This document shows positions 56,873-64,000 of a stretch of DNA of 64,000 bases, piece after piece; the stretch's first letter is position 1; every line of letters begins with the position of its first letter. Source of the DNA: Octopus vulgaris (lineage: Eukaryota); assembly GCA_951406725.2 (NCBI GenBank), contig OX597837.1, positions 43,958,001 through 44,022,000 of the forward strand, in the 5' to 3' direction. The translations under genes were made by a program, and so were the position numbers. The notes under the pieces are model-generated. The model was given only the letters and a program-made list of their open reading frames with translations. It was not told where the DNA came from and searched no databases.

Positions 56873-58407
56873 CTCCCAGTCAACTTGAAAGAGGGGGTAA
56901 TATGCCCTATCCATAAGGGAGGTAGCAGAGCAGATGCTAAAAATTATAGGCCTATCTCTCTGACCTCACACATCAGCAAAGTCATGGAACGAATAGTCCG
57001 TAAGAAACTAATCATGTTCCTTGAAGAAAATGACTTGCTGTCTGACACCCAGCATGGATTTCGACCAGGTAGAGGCTGCCTAACACAGCTCCTGCAACAC
57101 TATGACTGGGTGTTGAAACAGCTACTAAATGGCTCAAATGTGGATGTAATATATCTCGACTTTGCAAAAGCCTTTGATAAAGTCGACCATGGTATGATCT
57201 GTCACAAACTGCGTGGTCTCGGCATAGGCGGGAAACTTGGAGAGTGGCTGCACAACTTCCTAAAAGACAGAAAACAGGCAGTTGTGAGCAATGGAGCCAC
57301 CTCCAAGGAAACGCAAATAACAAGCGGTGTCCCACAGGGCACTGTCTTGGGGCCACTGATGTTCATAGTGGCCCTTTCAGACATGCCTTCAGTTGCTACG
57401 ATGACCACCTCTTGCTAGCTATGCAGATGACACAAAAGTCTCCCACGCAATACAAAACCCTGAAAATATTGCGCATCTGCAACATGAGCTGGACACAATA
57501 TACAGGTGGGCTGAGGACAACAACATGCAGTTTAATGCAGGTAAGTTCCAGGCCCTGCGCTATTGGCACACAAAGGTAAATGACGTGAAGACTGGATACA
57601 CTGGCCCAGGAAGAATTGCAATCCCTGAGTCAAAATCAGTGCGTGACCTGGGCATTGACATGAGCAATGATGCGTCTTTCCAAATGCATATTGCTAATCT
57701 GGTGATAAAATGCAGACGGCTAGCTGGATGGATTCTCCGAACTTTCAGAACAAGAGAGAAGGAGACACTGATGGTCCTATGGAAAACATTCGTCCTCAGC
57801 CGCTTGGACTACTGCTCCCAACTTTGGTCACCACACAATATAAAACAAACAGCAGAACTCGAAGCAATTCAGAGAAGCTACACAAAGAAAATCGTCTCAA
57901 TGCAAAATATCAGCTACTGGGAAAGACTGAAGGTATTAAACCTCTTCTCCCTGGAGCGGAGGCGGGAGAGATATGCAGTGATATACATCTGGAAAATCCT
58001 GGAGGGTCTTGTCCCAAACTATGGCATTCAAAGTTACTCCAACCGCAGAACGGGCGCCGCTGCGTGGTGCCAAGGATTCCAACATCACCATCAAAATACA
58101 GGTCCAGATACTGCAACAGCTTGGGTTTCAGAGGACCACAGCTCTTTAACATCCTCCCTAAATGCCTGAGAGACTTACATGGTGTGGATGTGGGTTTCTT
58201 TAAAACTAAACTGGATCTCTTCTTGTTGGGAGTCCCAGATGAACCTACCTCACGACAGGGGACGCGGATGCGGGCAGCAGCATCGAACTCCCTTGTTGAT
58301 CAAGTGCCACGTATCAGAGGTGGATTCACAAACTAGTGTAGCTCATTCAGCGGTGGTGCCCCAGCATGGCCGCGGCCTTCGGGCTAAAACATTTTTAAGG
58401 ATTTAAG

Positions 58408-58412
<5 letters not shown>
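56872..58412 (+). mobile_element. 5'-truncated CR1-like LINE ORF2 (reverse transcriptase) with two frameshifts and 3' tail
   Basis: NYRPISLTS, QHGFRPGR, YLDFAKAFDKV, GVPQGTVLGP, YADDTK after a frameshift near 57410, RLDYCSQLW, SLERRRER. Second frameshift near 58050, stop at 58336, tail tttaaggatttaaggatt. Confidence 0.95.
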
Positions 58413-58459
<47 letters not shown>

Positions 58460-58868
58460 TCATATCTTGAGTTCTATTTTCTCGTTTGCATCACTAAACC
58501 TATATGTTAACACACACATAGACACACGCACATGCACATATACACATATACCCGGTGCGTTGCACAAAAGGGGTTTCTGTTGTAACACATACTGCTGATA
58601 TAGCATATATAGATATTTCCTGATGAGTCAAGCAGGCCACCTGGACGGTAGGACACGTAGCTGCCTGCCTACGAAACTCTGAGTAATAGACGTGGGAGTC
58701 AGTCAAGGCATTATTTTTACTCTTAGTGTTCTTCCTTTTCTTTTTATGTCAATTCGGATGTGTACAGATGTGCGTGCGTGTCTATGTGTATGTATATGAG
58801 CGTATATGTCCGTGTGTATATGTATGGGTATGCATAAATGTACGTCTGTGCACGTATGTGACCATAAC

Positions 58869-58900
<32 letters not shown>

Positions 58901-58923
58901 ATGTGCACGTATGTGAGCATAAC

Positions 58924-58961
<38 letters not shown>

Positions 58962-61096
58962 ATAGGAGTGGTCGTGTGGTAAGAAGCTTGCTTACCAACC
59001 ACATGATTCCGGGTTCAGTCCCACTGCGTGACACCTTGGGCGAGTGTCTTCTACTATAGCTTCTGGCCAATCAAAGCTTTGTGAGTGGATTTGAGAGACA
59101 GAAACTGAAAGAAGCCCGTTGTGTGTGTGTGTGTGTGTGTCAGTCTTTGACCTCCTCCACCACTTAATAACCGGTGTTGGTGTGTTTACGTCACCGTAAC
59201 ACTAGCGGTTCGGCAAAAGATATCGATAGAATGAATACCAAACTCAAAAAGATAAGTAATTGGGGGCGATACATTCCACTAAAAATTGTCGAAAGCGGTG
59301 CCCCAGTATGGCCACAGTCTTATGACAGAAACAAGTAAAAGATAAAAGACAAAAAACGAAATTTATTCTTCTTCCTACGACACCCCAATTTTTCTAACGT
59401 TTTTCTGTTATGAATTGACTGCTTTGATCGCCTTCCTCTTCCTGTGATCGCAACTGTGATGCTTCGACATGTCGCGCCAGTATTGTCTCTCCTCCGTTTG
59501 CTTTGGTACGTTATTAGTTTCATGTCGTGTGTATCTCCTAATAACATCGGCGTAAAATAACCTGTTTTTAACCGAAGAACTCGAAGTAGATGAAGCTATG
59601 AATAATAATTTCTACTATAGGCACAAGACCTGGAACTTTGGGGGTCGCGGATTGATCAATTACATCGACCCCAGGGATCGATTCCTACTTATTTTATCGA
59701 CGTCCAAAAGATGAAAGGCAAAGTCGATTAACTGAAGAACTCGAAGTAGATGAAGCTATGAATAATAATTTCTACTATAGGCACAAGACCTGGAATTTTC
59801 GAGGTCGCGAACAGGTCAATTACATCGACCCCCTGGGCTCGTTTCCTCCTTATTTTATCGACGTCGAAAGGATGAAAGGCAAAGTCGATCTCGTAGGAAT
59901 TTGAAATCAAAACATAAAGACGGACAAAACGTCACAATGCATTTTTGTTCGGTGCCGTAAAGACGCTGACAACTGCCCAACCTGTATAAAGAATAAAGAT
60001 GTGGATAAAAAGGAAAACAAAGAAAATGATGGAATGGTCATAAATGGAATATCTTTCTCTCTTTCTCTTTTACTTGTTTCAGTCATTTGACTGCGGCCAT
60101 GCTGGAGCACCGCCTTTAATCGAGCAACTCGACCCCGGGACTTATTCTTTTGTAAGCCCAGTACTTATTCTATCGGTCTCTTTTGCCGAACCGCTAAGTA
60201 ACGGGGACATAAACACACCAGCATCGGTTGTCAAGCAATGCTAGGGGGACAAACACGGACACAAACATATATACATATATACGACGGGCTTCTTTCAGTT
60301 TCCGTCATCCAAATTCACTCACAAGGCTTTGGTCGGCCCGGGGCTATAGCAGAAGACACTTTCCCAAGATGCCACTCAGTGGGACTGAACCCGGAACCAT
60401 GTGGTTGGTAAACAAGCTACTTACCACACAGCCACTCCTGCGTCATAAATGGAATATATAGATATCTTCAATCAAGGTTACCCTAGGTCTGACCATCAAC
60501 AACAACAATACTAACAACAATAAGCGGAACATCAGGAAAGTCTACACCATGAGGTGTGGTAGAAAAATGCCAAAAAACGAACCCCATGGAGCAGAATGTT
60601 TTTCTTACGCAAAACAAAGTAAACATCCTTAATATACTCAAAGACATCTGAAGTAACAATATAAGCGCATAAGAGCATCTGCACGAGATTACCAGGCCCA
60701 ACCATATGTCTCCCCCACATACCGGCCTAGCCTGACTATCAAAACCACCCGCCCGCCCGCCCGCCAGCCCCCACCACCTGTTCGCTTCAGTTCGGCAATC
60801 TGGTCAACATGGCTGCGGCTGCTGCCAATTTATGATTTGCTGAAATGTAAACATGCGCATTCGATGAGATGTACGTGCCACCACCAGATGTCATGCATGT
60901 CTCCCACCTCGAGGTGCTTTATATCAGGTTCGATCCCTAGTCTATTCTTTGACGTATATATAAGTGTGTATATGAGTGTATTTATTTATATGTGTGTGTG
61001 CTTGTATGCGTGTATGTGTGTATGTACGTGTGCGTGTATGAATGTATATGTATATATGTGCATGTGTATGCGTGTGCAGGAGTGTATGCCTGCGTG

Positions 61097-61146
<50 letters not shown>

Positions 61147-61422
61147 TTTGTCTGTGTACGGAACGTATGTATATGTATATACGTGTGTATGTGTACGTAC
61201 GTTGGTGTGCGTGTGAGTACGTGTGTTGTGTGTGTGTGTAGGGGTGTAATTTGCTCGATTAGGTCACCAACTCCTGTGGGAGTCGTAGGTGTGCCGTGGT
61301 AACATACAGCTTGTGTTATGCATTTTCATTCAAGTGGAACCCGTCGCTCTTCAGGATATGGGCGTGTGTGGATCTTTACATATATTTATGAATATTATAT
61401 ACATGCATACATATATACGTAC

Positions 61423-61505
<83 letters not shown>

Positions 61506-62049
61506 TATGCGTTTGTGTGTGTGTGTATAATTGAGAACATTGGAGTCAGCAAGTAGGAGTATGGTTGGACATTTACTTTTTAACCCCTACAATTGTTTCC
61601 ACGCAATGTAGTTCTCCAGGCGTGCCGGTACTTGAATACACAAGTGCTCTCCTACCTTATGAGATTTAGTTGTGTTTTCTCAGGTAATATTTAAATATTG
61701 TCTTCGTAAGTTCAAAACCCTCGGCTTCAGGAACATCCAGTCTGTCTGTTGTGGCAAACATATATGTACATATATATTTACATATATATTTACATATATA
61801 TATGTATGATTTATATATAATATATAGTTATACATATGCATACAACATACTCATAAACATACATGTATATATCCTTTCTACTATAGGCACAAGACCTGAT
61901 ATTTGTGGAGAAGGAGATTACATCAACCACATCAACCACACTGTTCAACTGGTACTTATTTTATCGACCCCGAAAGAATGAAAGACAAAGCTGACCATGG
62001 CGGAATTTGAACTTAGAATGTAAATGTCACGAAGCATTTTTTCCGATGC

Positions 62050-62103
<54 letters not shown>

Positions 62104-63399
62104 TTGCTATTATGCAATGAGTGAGTGTGTGTGAAGAGGGGGTGTCTGTCTTCAAAAATCCAAAGTTGAGTAACATTTTCATGCTTGGATTTGTAAACTA
62201 CGATAAGAATAACACTGGTCAACAAAGAATTTGTCCCAAAGAAAAGAATACCAGTATCTTATATGTTTTTGCATGTAGAATTCAAAAATAGTGTCAAATT
62301 ATCTGTATCACCCACAGTTACTCTGTTCCACGATATCCCTTTCAGTTCCTGTTACGTGGACTAAACTTCAGTCAAACTGTTGAAATGTGAAGTTAACGGT
62401 TTAAGAAATACTCCTAATTTAAATTTTTATGCATAGAATTAACCTAGTGAAATCATAAATCCAGCCATCTGAGTCAATGAGTCCCTGAAGCTTGGCAATA
62501 CTGAGTCGATGAGTCACTGATGCTTTGTCAGTACTGTGCTTTGAAGCGTAGGTGTGTGGTTGTGTACTAAGTTCGTATATTCCATTCACCTTCATAATGT
62601 CAAGAAACTGTTTAAACATCGCAAACAACTTTTGCTATATGTGAAAAATATGTAAAATATTAAGACAATTGACGAAAAGTATCTGTAATAGAATTTTAAT
62701 TGATAAATATAAATTTTTATTAAAACAAAACACGAGGGTGAAGTAAATCCCGTGTTGTGAAGAATCAACACAACGTGCGGTTGTCATGGTAACAAGTTGT
62801 TAATGTCTCGCTGTCTGTTGATTGGCTAAAATTATCCAAATTTTCCAACTTTGATTCTAAATAACATCAGATTTTTTAATTTACGAGATAAAGTAATTGG
62901 TTGATTATAATAAAAATTCAGAGTTACATCGATACTCTAAAATCTGAGAAAGATTAAAGAGGGTTCATTTTGCGAATGAAAAAGACTAGATCCATATTAA
63001 CGATCATGGAGGTATGTTATGTGTGGGGGTAAGTTCACATTGGGATTTTTGGAAGAATTTACAAGTGCAGAAGAATTTGTGTTTACACATTGTGAAGGCT
63101 TCGTTGTGTTAAGCAATTGTGGTGAGTTATGGGTTAAAATTTTGAGGGCTTCTTTTAGGCAGAGTCCACAAGTGGTATTATTAAGAGTATTAGTAATAGT
63201 ATTATTTTCGGTAACGGTAATATCGCCATTGGCGGTAGTACTAGTATTATCGCTGCTATTATTATTAGTTGTAGTAGAGGTATTAGTAATTATAGTGGTT
63301 ATAGTATAGTTAATATTATTAGTATCAGTATTCCTATTGATACTACTGTTGGTTTCAACTGTGTGCCCATTTTCCTCCGAGGCACGGATTATGTATTAT

Positions 63400-63730
63400 C
63401 TATGTTTAAGTGTTAGGGCCTGGGGTGTTGGATATGTTATTGCGAGCGGTGTTTGTGTTTTCGTTGTGTAGGTCTATGGTAGGGTTGTATGCATTTAGAT
63501 AGTAAGAGCTAAGTTTACATTTGTTAGATGAGGTGATAATAGATTCTATATTTGGTGTAGATGAATAGGATAATTTCAAAGTGGATCTGTTAAAGATGGA
63601 ATGATATTTGTGGTTACGTGGGAAATTAGGGTCTACTATTTTGAAGAATGCTTTAGCGAAATCCTTGACGTTTAAAGGGAATGGAGGTTTGTACCAGAGA
63701 ATAGATCTCCCACCACTTTTATTAGGCAAA
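63400..63730 (-). mobile_element. Penelope-like element ORF fragment
   Basis: RSILWYKPPF..FFKIVDPNFP..H..IFNRSTLKLSYS..NIESII resembles the IIWFNPP...IFNRN.K.SYS linker of Penelope-like ORFs. Confidence 0.7.
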
Positions 63731-64000
63731 TTTGGGGAGGTGTAATTCCTTGTGCATGTTAGAAGAGAGTTGGAGGGTTTGATGTTAGTATTCTTAGATC
63801 GAGTCTTATGTGTGTGGGTGCTAGGCGGGTGAGGTTGCCTAATTATAGTGGGAAGATTTGGCTATCCAATATGCGGGTTCTCTCGTCTAGGGTTAAGTTT
63901 AGAGAGGTATTCCTTAGATCTAGTGTTGATTATAAATCTAATTTTCTGGAGATTTATAAGATTGGTTGCAGTAAGTGGCGTAATTATTGAAGATTTCTTC

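Noticed and set aside
59459-59511. Plus-strand MLRHVAPVLSLLRLL with phase-2 donor
   Set aside because: Wrong strand for gene A and no downstream plus-strand exon identified.

Overview
Eukaryotic, AT-rich genomic DNA dominated by microsatellites and SINEs. The repeat landscape suggests a coleoid cephalopod (Octopus-like); this is inference, not database-checked. Almost all ORFs in the supplied track are microsatellite artefacts. The real coding content is two tandem, minus-strand, intron-containing paralogues of the Cys-loop (nicotinic receptor/AChBP) ligand-binding-domain family. Gene A has three phase-compatible exons (50231-50015, 48841-48741, 46897-46465; signal-peptide exon not found). 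It encodes only the extracellular domain, with a shortened C-x10-C loop, no aromatic-box residues and no vicinal cysteines. It ends in a short hydrophobic, GPI-signal-like tail instead of the four-helix channel domain. Gene B has a signal-peptide exon (31843-31779), a ~31 kb first intron and exon 2 (506-293), and continues off the left edge. The rest is transposon debris: CR1-like, L1/Tx1-like, R4/Dong-like and RLE-type LINE remnants, Penelope-like remnants with minimal hammerhead motifs, Helitrons, Tc1/mariner fragments, MITEs, three tRNA-derived SINE families (one mobile as multimers), and a 100-N gap.
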